Shown here piece by piece: positions 9,285 through 19,698 of a stretch of 64,000 nucleotides of DNA. The notes beneath the pieces are model-generated. The model was not told where the DNA came from and did not search any database. It worked only from the letters and a program-made list of their open reading frames with translations. Every line of letters starts with the position of its first letter. The stretch's first letter is position 1. Position numbers and translations under genes: made by a program. The stretch is from a virus. Location: the UHGV virus genome UHGV-1497419. One strand, given 5' to 3'.

Positions 9285-11429
9285 TTACATAGATACTCTA
9301 TCACGAATCTCAGCGATTTTTGCATCGTTCATTCGGGATTCACCTTTAATCTTAGTCCATCCCAGATATCCGCACACCCTGTTAATCACAGAGATATCAT
9401 GTGAATGACAAACCTCACATTCTTCAACATCAGCCTTTGGTCTGTTACCACAATGTTCACAGATTGCTAAGTCAAAGTTAAGCCCCTGATAGAAACCTTT
9501 CAACATCCCTCTTGTAATACAACTTTTAAGTGCTGTTAAGTTTTCTGGGTTAGCTACCCTGACATACTGGATTCTCCCACCTCTACAGATATGGAAGAAT
9601 GGCTCTTCTAAGTCCTGCTTCTCAAATGGTGAGATGTCTGCTGCAACATTCATATGGAAACTGTTTGTAAAGTATTCCTTATCAGAAACACCTTTGATAA
9701 CGCCAAACATATCTCTGAACTGTTTTAGCTGAGTTCCGCAAAGTGATTCTGCTGGAGTACCATAGACGGCATATAAGAAGCCATCTTCATTTTTAAACTC
9801 TTCAGTTTTCATGTTGATGTATGCCAGAACATCGTATGCAAAACTACAGCTTCCAACTTCATGAAGTCGTTTACCTTCAGCAAGAACAGATAGCTCATCA
9901 AGCGCAGTAACACCAAAAGAAGCTGTGAAGGACTTCACAATATCCCAACCAACCTTGTCAGTAGGTTTCTTAGTTCCTTTGTACAGACCACCTTGTGTAA
10001 ATGCAAGAGGGTTAGAACTTGCTGGCATATTAGCAATCATTTCGTAACGTTTCTTGTGGAAACTACGAATCATCTCTAGGTACTTATCAAGCTCTGTCCA
10101 GAAATCTAAACCATTCTCTTTAGAATACTGGTAAATCATTGGTAAGTTCAAAGATACAGCACCAATATTAGCACGACCAACGTAGAACTCTTCTCCATTC
10201 TCGTTAAGATATGGGGATAAGAAAGCTCTGCAACCCATCGGTGAAATTACCTTGCCAGAACGCTCAAAAGCCTCTGCTACAGCACCATGACCAGATACAC
10301 TTAAAAAATCTGGATACATCGCTTTAGAGCAACACTCAATAGCTTTGCTGTACAGTTGGCCTTGACAGATATTCTCATCGTGTCTCTTCTGGTCATGAAT
10401 ATAAACCAGTTTAGGGAATACAACAGGCTTCTTACTCTTACCTTGTCCATTCATGCGAACATCAAGAATGGTGTTTGCAATCATGTATTGCAGTCGGTTG
10501 TCTTCATTAGACATATCTGAGTCAAGTAATCCAAATGTCAAAGTTGTAAATGCAAAATCACCACGGCTACAAGGTACAGTATTTAGTTTCATTTCGAGTG
10601 ACTGGAAACCCTGAGTTAATTCAAGCTGTAGCTGCTCCATGACATAATTGTGGTAATGTTCTTTAGGAATACCGTAAGATGCTGCTTTCTCAGCATGGTA
10701 GCGTAGAGACTTTTTAGCATACGGTACAAGCACCTTATCAATCTCTGCTAAAGTAAATCCACCAAATTGCTGTGCAGTTGCTGAAAGAACTACATCACCA
10801 ATAACCTGTAAGGCTGACAGCACAGACTTCGGTTCACAGTATTCGATGCCAGACATCTCAAAGCCACCTTTCAGTACTTTACCAATGTCAAACAAGCAAC
10901 AGTTAATGCCGCCAAAAATCAGGTCTCTTAAATCGTGGATATAGATAAACCCTTTTTCAATGGCTTCAAGTTCCTCTGGTGTTAAATGGTACTGCTTAAA
11001 GATTTCTTTAGTCAGGTAACCACGAATAATTGAACCTTTTGTAGAAATTAAACTGCTGTCAAAGTTAGCGTTTTCACGGTCACCTAAGAAGAGCGTGTCT
11101 CTAGTCTTTTGGTAAAGCTCATCCCAATTTTGAGCAACCTCTTTCCGGTAATTTCTATATGTTGAGTAAGACTCATAAATCTCGTGATTGACTTCTGCCA
11201 AAGCACCCTCAACAATGCTGTGAATATCATTGACTGAGATGAGTAAATTATTCTGCTTAGTGGACTTTACCAGAATCCTCATAAATGCTGACTCAAGAGC
11301 TTGGGTAACATCTGGTGGGAGTTCTTTATATCCAACCCTGTTAGCTGACTTAGTTACTGCTGCTAAAACTTTTTTGATATCAGGTTCTTCAAGTGAGCCA
11401 TTCTTTTTAATAATCTGTACTTTGTTCAT
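9285..11429 (-). CDS. nrdD: Anaerobic ribonucleoside-triphosphate reductase (class III)
   Basis: 714 aa; C-terminal CEHCG...CEVC zinc site and glycine-radical motif RVCGYLG. Confidence 0.9.
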   Translation of the reverse strand: MNKVQIIKKNGSLEEPDIKKVLAAVTKSANRVGYKELPPDVTQALESAFMRILVKSTKQNNLLISVNDIHSIVEGALAEVNHEIYESYSTYRNYRKEVAQNWDELYQKTRDTLFLGDRENANFDSSLISTKGSIIRGYLTKEIFKQYHLTPEELEAIEKGFIYIHDLRDLIFGGINCCLFDIGKVLKGGFEMSGIEYCEPKSVLSALQVIGDVVLSATAQQFGGFTLAEIDKVLVPYAKKSLRYHAEKAASYGIPKEHYHNYVMEQLQLELTQGFQSLEMKLNTVPCSRGDFAFTTLTFGLLDSDMSNEDNRLQYMIANTILDVRMNGQGKSKKPVVFPKLVYIHDQKRHDENICQGQLYSKAIECCSKAMYPDFLSVSGHGAVAEAFERSGKVISPMGCRAFLSPYLNENGEEFYVGRANIGAVSLNLPMIYQYSKENGLDFWTELDKYLEMIRSFHKKRYEMIANMPASSNPLAFTQGGLYKGTKKPTDKVGWDIVKSFTASFGVTALDELSVLAEGKRLHEVGSCSFAYDVLAYINMKTEEFKNEDGFLYAVYGTPAESLCGTQLKQFRDMFGVIKGVSDKEYFTNSFHMNVAADISPFEKQDLEEPFFHICRGGRIQYVRVANPENLTALKSCITRGMLKGFYQGLNFDLAICEHCGNRPKADVEECEVCHSHDISVINRVCGYLGWTKIKGESRMNDAKIAEIRDRVSM

Positions 11430-11453
11430 TATTGCCCCTTTACATGCTAAAAA

Positions 11454-11469
11454 GGTCTCCGAAGAGACC
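11454..11469 (-). terminator. Rho-independent terminator upstream of nrdD
   Basis: GGTCTC-CGAA-GAGACC hairpin plus U-run on the minus transcript. Confidence 0.5.
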
Positions 11470-11477
11470 CTTTCATT

Positions 11478-11684
11478 TTAAATCTTTTTAGAAAACTTTG
11501 AAACGAGTTTTCTTAGTTTTTCAGTGATACCTAGCTGTATCTCTAATATTTCAAAGATAACCCATAGTAACATGGCTCCAAACAATGAACCTTGTTCAAA
11601 ATCAGTAAATAGGTTAACAACAAGCATACCAATCACAATAGCTGGTGCATCAACAACCAAACCTTCCCAAAGGCGTTTAAGCAT
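11478..11684 (-). CDS. Small membrane protein
   Basis: 68 aa with hydrophobic segments. Confidence 0.3.
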   Translation of the reverse strand: MLKRLWEGLVVDAPAIVIGMLVVNLFTDFEQGSLFGAMLLWVIFEILEIQLGITEKLRKLVSKFSKKI

Positions 11685-11919
11685 TATTCACCTCTGCCAT
11701 AAAATTCTGTAGCGTTCCAACAGGTTTTAGGTTTTGACCGTCAGTTTTCATGATGAATGGCATCTGACGAACTGGCATCTGTGCAATATCCATCAGGTCT
11801 GGCAGTTCATAATCCTGCCCTAACATTCTCACAACATGGTCAATACCACGAGCTTTCGCAAAATTCTTTGCAGTCTCACACTGAGGGCATCCAGTTTTGG
11901 AGTAAATTACATAAGTCAT
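11677..11919 (-). CDS. Glutaredoxin/NrdH-like redoxin
   Basis: 80 aa; CPQC active site near N-terminus; sits between nrdB and nrdD. Confidence 0.7.
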   Translation of the reverse strand: MTYVIYSKTGCPQCETAKNFAKARGIDHVVRMLGQDYELPDLMDIAQMPVRQMPFIMKTDGQNLKPVGTLQNFMAEVNNA

Positions 11920-12992
11920 TAAGGAACCTCTAAAAATCCACTATTCAAATCATCTACAACAGTATTCAATAAATACGCACCGTTCTGTTGCTCCTGATTA
12001 GCATTCTGCTCTTTATCAATTTCCATCTTCTTAATCATATACTTCAAAGGTGGTTCTTTAGGAGCTACAAAATCTCTGGGAATGCCAAACATATCATACA
12101 GTGGGGCAGCATTATAGTAAACCCACTCATGAAGAAGCTTTGTATTTAACCCAACTACAGCACGTCCTTCGGAGAAGATATAATACGACCATTTCTCTTC
12201 ACTTTCAACTACTTCATCTAAGATTACTTTAATCTCTGGAAGAATTTGTTGGAAAGCTTTTTGCCACTCATCATCTCTTAAAGTTTCTTTTAAAACTTCA
12301 ATATCAATTTTAGTGTGAAGGATTTCGTCAAGCATAATTTTCTGGACAGCTTGAGCAATACCTTGAAATTTATCTTGAGCATCAAGTGCAAAAGTACATG
12401 CAAAGGATGCCATAAAAGATATTCCTTCCAGCGCAGTCACTGCAAATAGACCTTTCAGAATCACTTTATGGAAGTGTAAAGGGTCTTTGTCCAGAAGTGA
12501 GTCACGCACATAACTCAGACGATAGTTTATACCTTCATCCAGTAATTCTTCAAGAACACGATTCACAGTTTTTAATCGGTCTTGCACAGCAACATTCTGG
12601 TTAATCTCATCTAAGATTGTTTCAGGGTTTTTAATACATTGTCTTACAATCTCTGAGTAAGTAAGAGCATGTAGGTTTTCAATCTCAGACTGCTTCATAA
12701 TTGTAGTTGCATAAATGTCATCAGAGATAAAAGGTGCAAAGGCAAATGCCAAGCTCTTAGCAACTTGAGTGTCTGCTTCCCATTGCCACTTAAGAATCTC
12801 AAGCATTACACCTGACATTGATGCTGGGACACTCTCAAAATCAAGACGTGATTGTTCAAAAGGGAACTCATCTTCTGACCAGTCTTGTGCTTTTTGTTGT
12901 TTATAAAGTTCAAAGATTTTTGGGTAGTGCTTATTGAGTGAGTCAAAAGTTTTTCTCTCACCACCTAAAAAGATTGGGTGCTGGTTAATCAT
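11919..12992 (-). CDS. nrdB: Ribonucleotide reductase small subunit (class Ia beta)
   Basis: Track ORF trimmed to MINQHPIFLGG start, which gives a 4-nt ATGA overlap with the upstream ORF; R2-like layout. Confidence 0.8.
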   Translation of the reverse strand: MINQHPIFLGGERKTFDSLNKHYPKIFELYKQQKAQDWSEDEFPFEQSRLDFESVPASMSGVMLEILKWQWEADTQVAKSLAFAFAPFISDDIYATTIMKQSEIENLHALTYSEIVRQCIKNPETILDEINQNVAVQDRLKTVNRVLEELLDEGINYRLSYVRDSLLDKDPLHFHKVILKGLFAVTALEGISFMASFACTFALDAQDKFQGIAQAVQKIMLDEILHTKIDIEVLKETLRDDEWQKAFQQILPEIKVILDEVVESEEKWSYYIFSEGRAVVGLNTKLLHEWVYYNAAPLYDMFGIPRDFVAPKEPPLKYMIKKMEIDKEQNANQEQQNGAYLLNTVVDDLNSGFLEVP

Positions 12993-13246
12993 AGCGTGAT
13001 TTCTCCTTTCTTTATCATTTCTAAGGCTTGTTTTCTGTCTAAAACTTCCCAATTCTCTTTGTTAAACATCTCATAAGGTCTTGCGTAGATTTTACCATCT
13101 GCTGTAGAGATGTAAGAGGCTCCAGTGACCCATAAGTCATCATTCTGCTTTATCATGATACCTGTGCTGCTCACATAGTACAATGTTTTGCGGGGTTTGT
13201 AGAGCAAGTATATTGGTCGCTCATGTTTTTCTATTAAATCTTTCAT
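12989..13246 (-). CDS. Hypothetical protein between nrdA and nrdB
   Basis: Track ORF 12989..13330 trimmed to internal ATG (MKDLIEK...). Confidence 0.3.
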   Translation of the reverse strand: MKDLIEKHERPIYLLYKPRKTLYYVSSTGIMIKQNDDLWVTGASYISTADGKIYARPYEMFNKENWEVLDRKQALEMIKKGEITL

Positions 13247-13301
13247 GGTCTCTCCAAAGTTATTTTTAGAGGGTCTTTTACGACCCTCATAGTTATTAAA
13301 A

Positions 13302-15536
13302 CTAAACACCACAACCCTCGCAATAAGCATCTTGCAGTGCAGATTTACCTACACCAATGCGACTGTTAAGGTAGTACATGGTTTTCATACCTACCGAGTT
13401 GGCATAAATCATGTACTTCAAAGCTTGAGCCAATGATACCTTCTTAGCTTTTGCGTAGTCAACATAGAAATCTGAAGAGATAGCTTGACCAGTGAACTTT
13501 TGAACAATTGCATAACAATCAATCAGGTCAAAGGTGTCAATACCCCAAGCAATTTCATATACATACTTCAACTCTTCATAATCTGGAACAATAAACAGCA
13601 CGTTACCAGTTGCAGACTTTTTAGTTAAAATAAAGTCACGAATTGGGTACAAGCCATTTGTCGTATTAGTTGCCAGTGAAGAACTCTCATTAGGCATGTA
13701 AGCTTCTAATACAGAGTTTCGGATTCCACCATTTTCTTTGATACGTTGTGCTAAGTCATCCCAATCATATCGTAGTTTTGCATCATGCTTTTCATCAATC
13801 TTCTTGTTAGCTGTCTTTGGAGGAACCCAGCCTTCAGGATACTTAGTGAACTCCATGTACTCTGGAACGCCACGCTCTTTAGCAAGTCTCAGAGAGGCTT
13901 CATGCAGATAGTAAGAGTGCATCTCTGCCAGTTCATGAAGTTTCGTTTTACCTGCTCGTGAAGAGTAGTTCACGTAGTTCTTCGCAAGGTAATGAGCCAC
14001 ATTTGTAAGGCCAATCCCAACAGAACGACGCTTCTGAACATGGTTGCGCATCGATGGATACGGATAATCCATAAGGTCAATAACGGAGTCAACCATTGCA
14101 AGAGCATAATAAGCAACGTCAGCGTATTCATCTTCTGAAATTCTCCCTGCAACCAAACTAGCTAGGAAGCAAAGAGCCACCTCACCATCCTCTTTCACAG
14201 CATCGTCTCTGTAAAGGTCTGTCTCTTTCTCAAAACCATACACTGGCAACACAATTTCCATACAAAGATTTGACATCTTCAATGGTTCTTTAAATGGTGT
14301 ATGTGTGTTTGCGTTGTTAGTGAAGAATGGATACACACGACCTGTAGCATAACGCTGTTGAATAAACAGCTTAGCAATTTCACGAGCCTTGACTCGTCTG
14401 TGCTTAACTCCTGAATGTACTGCGTGACCAACTGCCATAGCAAACTCATCAGCAGATGCTGTGTAGAACATGTCATAGAGTTTTGGTGCATCTTTGTAAG
14501 AGAATAGCAACCAATCTGTATCATACTGAACACACTGCCAGAAATAATCGTTTGTGCCGAATGAGTAGTCCATCTCATTAATACGTTTAGAAGGAACCGT
14601 TGTAGGGTGCTTCAAACGCAGTAAATCTTCAATCTGCGGGTCTAGAGCAGTGTAGAAGTTATTAGCTGAACCACCACGACTCTTCTGTTTGTTTGCCTCT
14701 ACAGATGAACGTACAAGCTTGTAATAAGGCAGTTTACCCATGTGTTCGATAGTGTTTTGACGGATACCATCACCAATAGTGCGAGTCTCCATCAGCATAC
14801 CGATACCAGCTTGCTTTGTAGTCATATCATAAGCAACCTTTGCAGCAATACCAAGTGATTCAGCAGTATCGTTTGCCTTAATCAAGCAGCATGACGCATA
14901 ACCTGATTTAGTTGCCCTCAAACCGTTTAAATAAGGCGTAGGAGCGTTAATCTTCAGGTCAGATAGGTAAGTGTACAGCTTGATAACATCTTGCAGTCTA
15001 CGGTGCTTTGGTTGCTTCTCAAAGGCTTTCATAGCCATACCCATAAACATAAATTGTGGTGACTCAAAAAGTCTTCCCGTTTTAATATCACGGATACCAT
15101 ACTTGTCTCTGAACTGTTTCAAGACTGCATAACCGTAAGAGATATCTTTTGAGTGCACGATGTAACCTTGCAGGTATTCAAGCTCTTCCTGTGAGTAATC
15201 CATCTTCTCCCAAAGTCCTGCTCTCTCCATATTTTTAACGAAGGTAATCAGCGTAGGAACCTTAGTAAAGCCTCCAAAGGCTTCTTTGTAGATAATACCC
15301 AAAAGCAGTCGTCCAGCCATATCTGAGTACTCTTGAGTTTGTTTATCAACACAAACATCAATCATGGCTTGGTGCATCTCTTTTGTAGTGCAACCCTCAT
15401 AGACACGTTTCATAGCTTCCATAGTGACTTCTGACCAGATAATTCCACGTTTATCTGCCCATGATGCCCACTTATTCAGTCTTTCTGGGTCAAAGCTTAC
15501 TACTGTACCATTTGATTTTTTAATTGTCTTAATCAT
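13302..15536 (-). CDS. nrdA: Ribonucleotide reductase large subunit (class Ia alpha)
   Basis: 744 aa; C-terminal cysteine pair (CEGCGV); adjacent to nrdB. Confidence 0.9.
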   Translation of the reverse strand: MIKTIKKSNGTVVSFDPERLNKWASWADKRGIIWSEVTMEAMKRVYEGCTTKEMHQAMIDVCVDKQTQEYSDMAGRLLLGIIYKEAFGGFTKVPTLITFVKNMERAGLWEKMDYSQEELEYLQGYIVHSKDISYGYAVLKQFRDKYGIRDIKTGRLFESPQFMFMGMAMKAFEKQPKHRRLQDVIKLYTYLSDLKINAPTPYLNGLRATKSGYASCCLIKANDTAESLGIAAKVAYDMTTKQAGIGMLMETRTIGDGIRQNTIEHMGKLPYYKLVRSSVEANKQKSRGGSANNFYTALDPQIEDLLRLKHPTTVPSKRINEMDYSFGTNDYFWQCVQYDTDWLLFSYKDAPKLYDMFYTASADEFAMAVGHAVHSGVKHRRVKAREIAKLFIQQRYATGRVYPFFTNNANTHTPFKEPLKMSNLCMEIVLPVYGFEKETDLYRDDAVKEDGEVALCFLASLVAGRISEDEYADVAYYALAMVDSVIDLMDYPYPSMRNHVQKRRSVGIGLTNVAHYLAKNYVNYSSRAGKTKLHELAEMHSYYLHEASLRLAKERGVPEYMEFTKYPEGWVPPKTANKKIDEKHDAKLRYDWDDLAQRIKENGGIRNSVLEAYMPNESSSLATNTTNGLYPIRDFILTKKSATGNVLFIVPDYEELKYVYEIAWGIDTFDLIDCYAIVQKFTGQAISSDFYVDYAKAKKVSLAQALKYMIYANSVGMKTMYYLNSRIGVGKSALQDAYCEGCGV

Positions 15537-15558
15537 TTTTGAATCCTACAGATGAAAA

Positions 15559-15576
15559 GAGCCTCCGAAGAGGCTC
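15559..15576 (-). terminator. Rho-independent terminator upstream of nrdA
   Basis: GAGCCTC-CGAA-GAGGCTC hairpin plus U-run on the minus transcript. Confidence 0.5.
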
Positions 15577-15581
15577 CTAGT

Positions 15582-15917
15582 TTAAATCTTGAAAATTTGC
15601 TCATTCTGCCACATATCGTAAAACTTATCACTTACCTTTGTGACTGAAGAAGTGTGCATACAATTCAGGAGCCATGATGATGTATTATCATCCATAATTG
15701 TTTCAAGTTTTTGTGTAACGTTCACATCCATGTCTGCAACAACGTAATTACCTCGCATCTTGCAAACAATCCTTCCAAACAAGATTGCACTTCTTCCTCT
15801 TCGGTCATCACAGTACATCACTGTGTCCCCGTGCTTAACATCTTGTCCGATACTATCAACACCTAATTTAGCACCTGATATAATGTCATCATAAGATAGC
15901 TTTTTTGCTTTAGACAC
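15582..15917 (-). CDS. Hypothetical protein
   Basis: 111-aa ORF. Confidence 0.4.
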   Translation of the reverse strand: MSKAKKLSYDDIISGAKLGVDSIGQDVKHGDTVMYCDDRRGRSAILFGRIVCKMRGNYVVADMDVNVTQKLETIMDDNTSSWLLNCMHTSSVTKVSDKFYDMWQNEQIFKI

Positions 15918-16242
15918 GGTATTTCTCCAAGTTTCTTTTTAGATATAACCAACCATAGTCAGTTCTTTCTACACCCATGAAGAGTGGAGCCATCACAACT
16001 TTCCCAAAAGTATTTCTGTGTAGGCAGATTTCAAAGGAATACTCTTTCTCGATATCAATCCCATATTTGTACAGGACTGCTTTTAAAACTTGTTCATTAT
16101 CCAGAAGTGTATCTGGAGTCTCACCATACTTCTCAAGTAACGGGTCATACATAAACACCGTCATAGAGATATTGTAGTTTGAGAAGTGGCTCTTCTGAGC
16201 CACACCTTCTTTATTAATGTTCTGTGAATCCATTATAACCAA
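15910..16242 (-). CDS. Hypothetical protein
   Basis: 110-aa ORF. Confidence 0.4.
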   Translation of the reverse strand: MVIMDSQNINKEGVAQKSHFSNYNISMTVFMYDPLLEKYGETPDTLLDNEQVLKAVLYKYGIDIEKEYSFEICLHRNTFGKVVMAPLFMGVERTDYGWLYLKRNLEKYRV

Positions 16243-16969
16243 CCCCTTTTAACCAGCACTTCAGGTTATTAGCATCATAATTCAGTTTCGGGTATGAGGT
16301 TACATGGAACTGCTCACCATCATAGTAGACAATATCTGCAATCCATAGTCCATTCTCTTTACAGAAATCTTTATCTGCTTTAGAGGTAATTGGATTAACT
16401 TCTACAAAACCATCTACACCCAAATCCTTTAAGCTACCTACAATACCTTTGCAGATAACACATGTCTCAGATACTACCACAAAAAGTTCTTGGCTTTCAA
16501 GCTCTACAATGTATTCACCAAGCTGTACTTTAGGGAGATTTGATTGCTTCATAATCTTCCCATCGGCTGCACGGACAATCGCATACCACTCTTTACCATC
16601 AACCACTGACATTCTGATGATACACTCTTGACCAGTACGCTTCTCAACATCTGCAAGACGCTTTAAAGCTTCTTCATAGTCATCTGTGTACTTCAGGTCA
16701 TTATTATGGCAAACAGCTTTCATAGCACCGTTATGGTCATGTTGTGACAGATAAATCAGACCATCAAGAACATATTGCAAATCTGCCTGAGCATCCAGTG
16801 TCTCAATGGGGTCTTTCTCTTCAATTGCTTTTACAAGCTCTTTTGCTTCTTCAAGCATACACAGAGACTGGGATTTTAAAGATTCCCAATACTCATCACT
16901 GTAAGGTTGCTTTTGAGTGTTTCCACAACGAAGATTCCAGTTTTTTACTGCTTCTCTTGAGTTAAACAT
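16214..16969 (-). CDS. Protein with possible MazG-like nucleotide pyrophosphohydrolase N-terminal domain
   Basis: 251 aa; EExxE...D-x-L pattern (LEEAKELVKAIEEKD...DLQYVLDGL) resembles MazG/HisE; C-terminal half unknown. Confidence 0.3.
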   Translation of the reverse strand: MFNSREAVKNWNLRCGNTQKQPYSDEYWESLKSQSLCMLEEAKELVKAIEEKDPIETLDAQADLQYVLDGLIYLSQHDHNGAMKAVCHNNDLKYTDDYEEALKRLADVEKRTGQECIIRMSVVDGKEWYAIVRAADGKIMKQSNLPKVQLGEYIVELESQELFVVVSETCVICKGIVGSLKDLGVDGFVEVNPITSKADKDFCKENGLWIADIVYYDGEQFHVTSYPKLNYDANNLKCWLKGVGYNGFTEH

Positions 16970-17207
16970 TTGGACTCCTTAAAAATCTGTTAACCTTTAG
17001 CTCTCGTGTTTCAATATATTCCAGATGCTCACGTAACTCTTGACGTTTAAGCATTAGGTGTTGCATTTGAGATTCAACAGCTTCAACTTCTTTAATTATT
17101 GACTCTCTGGCATTTGCAAGAATGCGCTCAAGTTCTTCAATCTTGCTGTCAACCTTTGCTACATGACTCACAGCTTTACTTTTGTTAAACATTTTATTCT
17201 CTCTCAA
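16962..17207 (-). CDS. Hypothetical coiled-coil protein
   Basis: 81-aa ORF. Confidence 0.35.
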   Translation of the reverse strand: MRENKMFNKSKAVSHVAKVDSKIEELERILANARESIIKEVEAVESQMQHLMLKRQELREHLEYIETRELKVNRFLRSPNV

Positions 17208-17213
17208 TAGTTA

Positions 17214-17711
17214 TCAAGCACAATTTGCTTTCATTACCTTATGGATTCTTTTTTCAGCATCTTCATAAGTTTCTTTAGTGATAAACTTAATTGCTGCAAT
17301 GTTGGCATTGTAGAAGAGTCTGAGCTTAGAGTCAATCCTTTTTGTCATTACATCGAATTTATGTTGGAGGTTTGCTTCACCATAAACTAGGCCACCTTTC
17401 GTGTAGTAGGTTTGGATAATGTAAAAGTCAAAAAATTCTTTTCCAAAGCTTTCAATATCTTTTTTAATATACTCAGAAGAGGTTTCGTAAGTCATCCAAT
17501 CACTCTCCTTAGTGACTACCTTCTTCCGAGTCTTCCCAGCAACTTTTCTTTTTGTCACACTGTTAAGCTGTTTCTTTCCGATATAGTATTGTCCAGTCTT
17601 CTTACAGTGCACTAAATAGACAAAGCCAAAATGTTTAGTGGGGTCAACTTCCCCACATAAAGATACCCAATGACCGTAGGTGGGGCAATTGCCAAATCCT
17701 TTAATTTTCAT
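17214..17711 (-). CDS. GIY-YIG (T5orf172-like) domain protein, possible free-standing endonuclease
   Basis: FGFVYLVHCKKTGQYYIGKK fits the GIY-(10-11)-YIG spacing; basic region follows. Confidence 0.4.
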   Translation of the reverse strand: MKIKGFGNCPTYGHWVSLCGEVDPTKHFGFVYLVHCKKTGQYYIGKKQLNSVTKRKVAGKTRKKVVTKESDWMTYETSSEYIKKDIESFGKEFFDFYIIQTYYTKGGLVYGEANLQHKFDVMTKRIDSKLRLFYNANIAAIKFITKETYEDAEKRIHKVMKANCA

Positions 17712-18741
17712 TCATACACGGCTCCCAATTATATTTCTTGAAAGAGAAATTGTCTTTTGGATTTCTCTCTTGATATGCTATCCAGAAATGCTGTTCCATT
17801 AACTCTAACGGTGTCTTTGTAACAGTTTGTCCATCCCATGACACATAGGTATAAGAGTCTTTTTTAGCATAGAGTTCATAGATAGCGTCAAGGCACTCTT
17901 TGTAGGTCTCTTTGCCATCCAAAGCATTCATCACAGCTACTTTACCAGCACCTTTTAGGCCGAAGTAGTTGTCTGCATTATCTCCAGCAACAGCCTGATA
18001 ACACAAGAATTTAAAACCTACACCAACTGTTTTTGCAGCTTTTGATTTTGATTTGATAGGACAATCCCAGATGTCACCAACATTATTGTCTGCAATAAAG
18101 ATTAGTGGTGATTTTTCATAAGTCATATCGATACAATAAGTCCCTTCAGCTTGTCGAAGGTCTTTGTCAATACTCATAAGAGCAGCTTTCTTACCCATCT
18201 TTTCAGCTTTAGCGATTACGATTGAATCGGCTTCGAAGCCACCCTTTAAGAGTTTGAACTCTGGTCTTGACAGAAGATATTCACGACAAGCAACTAAGTG
18301 TGTTGGTGTGACAGCATCTTTGCGGTTACCTTGATATTGGTGCTCAAGACCTTTAATGTCTTTATGTTTATGCACACCTTTCTCTGTTAAATAACCTACC
18401 CAAGTTCTTTCTTTACCAACAACCTTAAGCCATTCCTGAAGCACCTGTTGAGTAGCCATGATAGCTTCTTTTTCACTCTTAGCTTCTTTCCAAGTCTGTC
18501 TTTCCCATTCATCTTCATCAAATGTCAGTCCAAGCTCTTCCACAAGGATTCTCTGGTCTGCTAACCATCTTGCAGCATCTTTTGCATTATCAAATGGTTC
18601 AGATTCTTCTGCTGTGAGTTTATTGACATATTTATATTTTGCTTTCTCAACTACACAAGCACCTTTATAGGCAATGCTATCAGAGTCAATAAAGACATGT
18701 GTAACTGAATCGGGAAGTTTTTTTAATGTGTACTTCTCCAT
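17701..18741 (-). CDS. RNase H / 5'-3' flap endonuclease (FEN family)
   Basis: 346 aa; N-terminal VFIDSDSIAYKGA and later MSIDKDLRQ resemble T4 RNase H motifs. Confidence 0.55.
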   Translation of the reverse strand: MEKYTLKKLPDSVTHVFIDSDSIAYKGACVVEKAKYKYVNKLTAEESEPFDNAKDAARWLADQRILVEELGLTFDEDEWERQTWKEAKSEKEAIMATQQVLQEWLKVVGKERTWVGYLTEKGVHKHKDIKGLEHQYQGNRKDAVTPTHLVACREYLLSRPEFKLLKGGFEADSIVIAKAEKMGKKAALMSIDKDLRQAEGTYCIDMTYEKSPLIFIADNNVGDIWDCPIKSKSKAAKTVGVGFKFLCYQAVAGDNADNYFGLKGAGKVAVMNALDGKETYKECLDAIYELYAKKDSYTYVSWDGQTVTKTPLELMEQHFWIAYQERNPKDNFSFKKYNWEPCMNEN

Positions 18742-18803
18742 TGTGACTCTCCATATGAAAAAGCCCCATACTAAGTACAGGGCTTTAAAGTAACTTTTAG
18801 AGA

Positions 18804-19661
18804 TTAGTCTTCTGTATCGAAGTCTTCATCTTCTTCGTCATCTGGGTCTGGCAAGTCTTCATCGTCACCATCATCAGAGTTATTCGAAGGTTTGTGGTCT
18901 GTTGTGTCTTCTTCAGTGATTTCACCGTTATCTTCAACACCATCAAGACCAAGCATAGCCAGTTCGTCTTCATCCAGTTCAGGTTCACCATTAGCACCAT
19001 TACCACCAGTGTAAGGTACAAGAGTATCGATGATAAACTGTTCCTGAATAGGTTTTGTCAGAACATTGTTCTCAAAAGTGTAGAAGTGAGTAGAAAGAAT
19101 CACACTACCAAAAGAACCGTTACCAACTGCAATATCTGGATGAATTACATCATAGTTCTTGTCATCTTCATGTTTGTCAGATGCTTGAGCTTTGATTTTC
19201 TTCATCGGCTGTTTAACAGCTACACGCTTACCATTTACTTCTTCAATCAGCATTACAGGGAATGACTGTTTAGCTGTCCACACAGCACCATCTTTATAAG
19301 CTGCTGCACGACTTACTTTCAAGATGTAGTAAGTGTCTGCTTCAAAAGGTGGTTTACAACCAAACTTCTCTTCGAAGTCATCTGCATCAACTGCTTCAGT
19401 AGTAACTTTATCCCAGCCTTCTGGGTTTTTCTTAGACTTAGTAAACTCTTTAAAGAGCTTGTTACCGTCTTCTGCCAGAATTGAAACACTGTAGTTACAA
19501 TCTTTTCCTGGGAATTTCTTGTCAATAGATTTACCTTTTCCCGGACGTGGTGAAGTGTTCAGGTAATAAAACCAGACATCTTTCAGAAGGTAACGCAGAG
19601 TTTGACGTTCAGTGCCGTTGTACTTCTCTACCGGAGCTTTCATTTTAACAACTTTAGACAT
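18804..19661 (-). CDS. Putative single-stranded DNA-binding protein with acidic C-terminal tail
   Basis: 285 aa; strongly acidic C-terminus (DDGDDEDLPDPDDEEDEDFDTED); replication-module context. Confidence 0.35.
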   Translation of the reverse strand: MSKVVKMKAPVEKYNGTERQTLRYLLKDVWFYYLNTSPRPGKGKSIDKKFPGKDCNYSVSILAEDGNKLFKEFTKSKKNPEGWDKVTTEAVDADDFEEKFGCKPPFEADTYYILKVSRAAAYKDGAVWTAKQSFPVMLIEEVNGKRVAVKQPMKKIKAQASDKHEDDKNYDVIHPDIAVGNGSFGSVILSTHFYTFENNVLTKPIQEQFIIDTLVPYTGGNGANGEPELDEDELAMLGLDGVEDNGEITEEDTTDHKPSNNSDDGDDEDLPDPDDEEDEDFDTED

Positions 19662-19698
19662 TATTTAAACCTCTATCTCAATTTATGAAGAGTACCAA

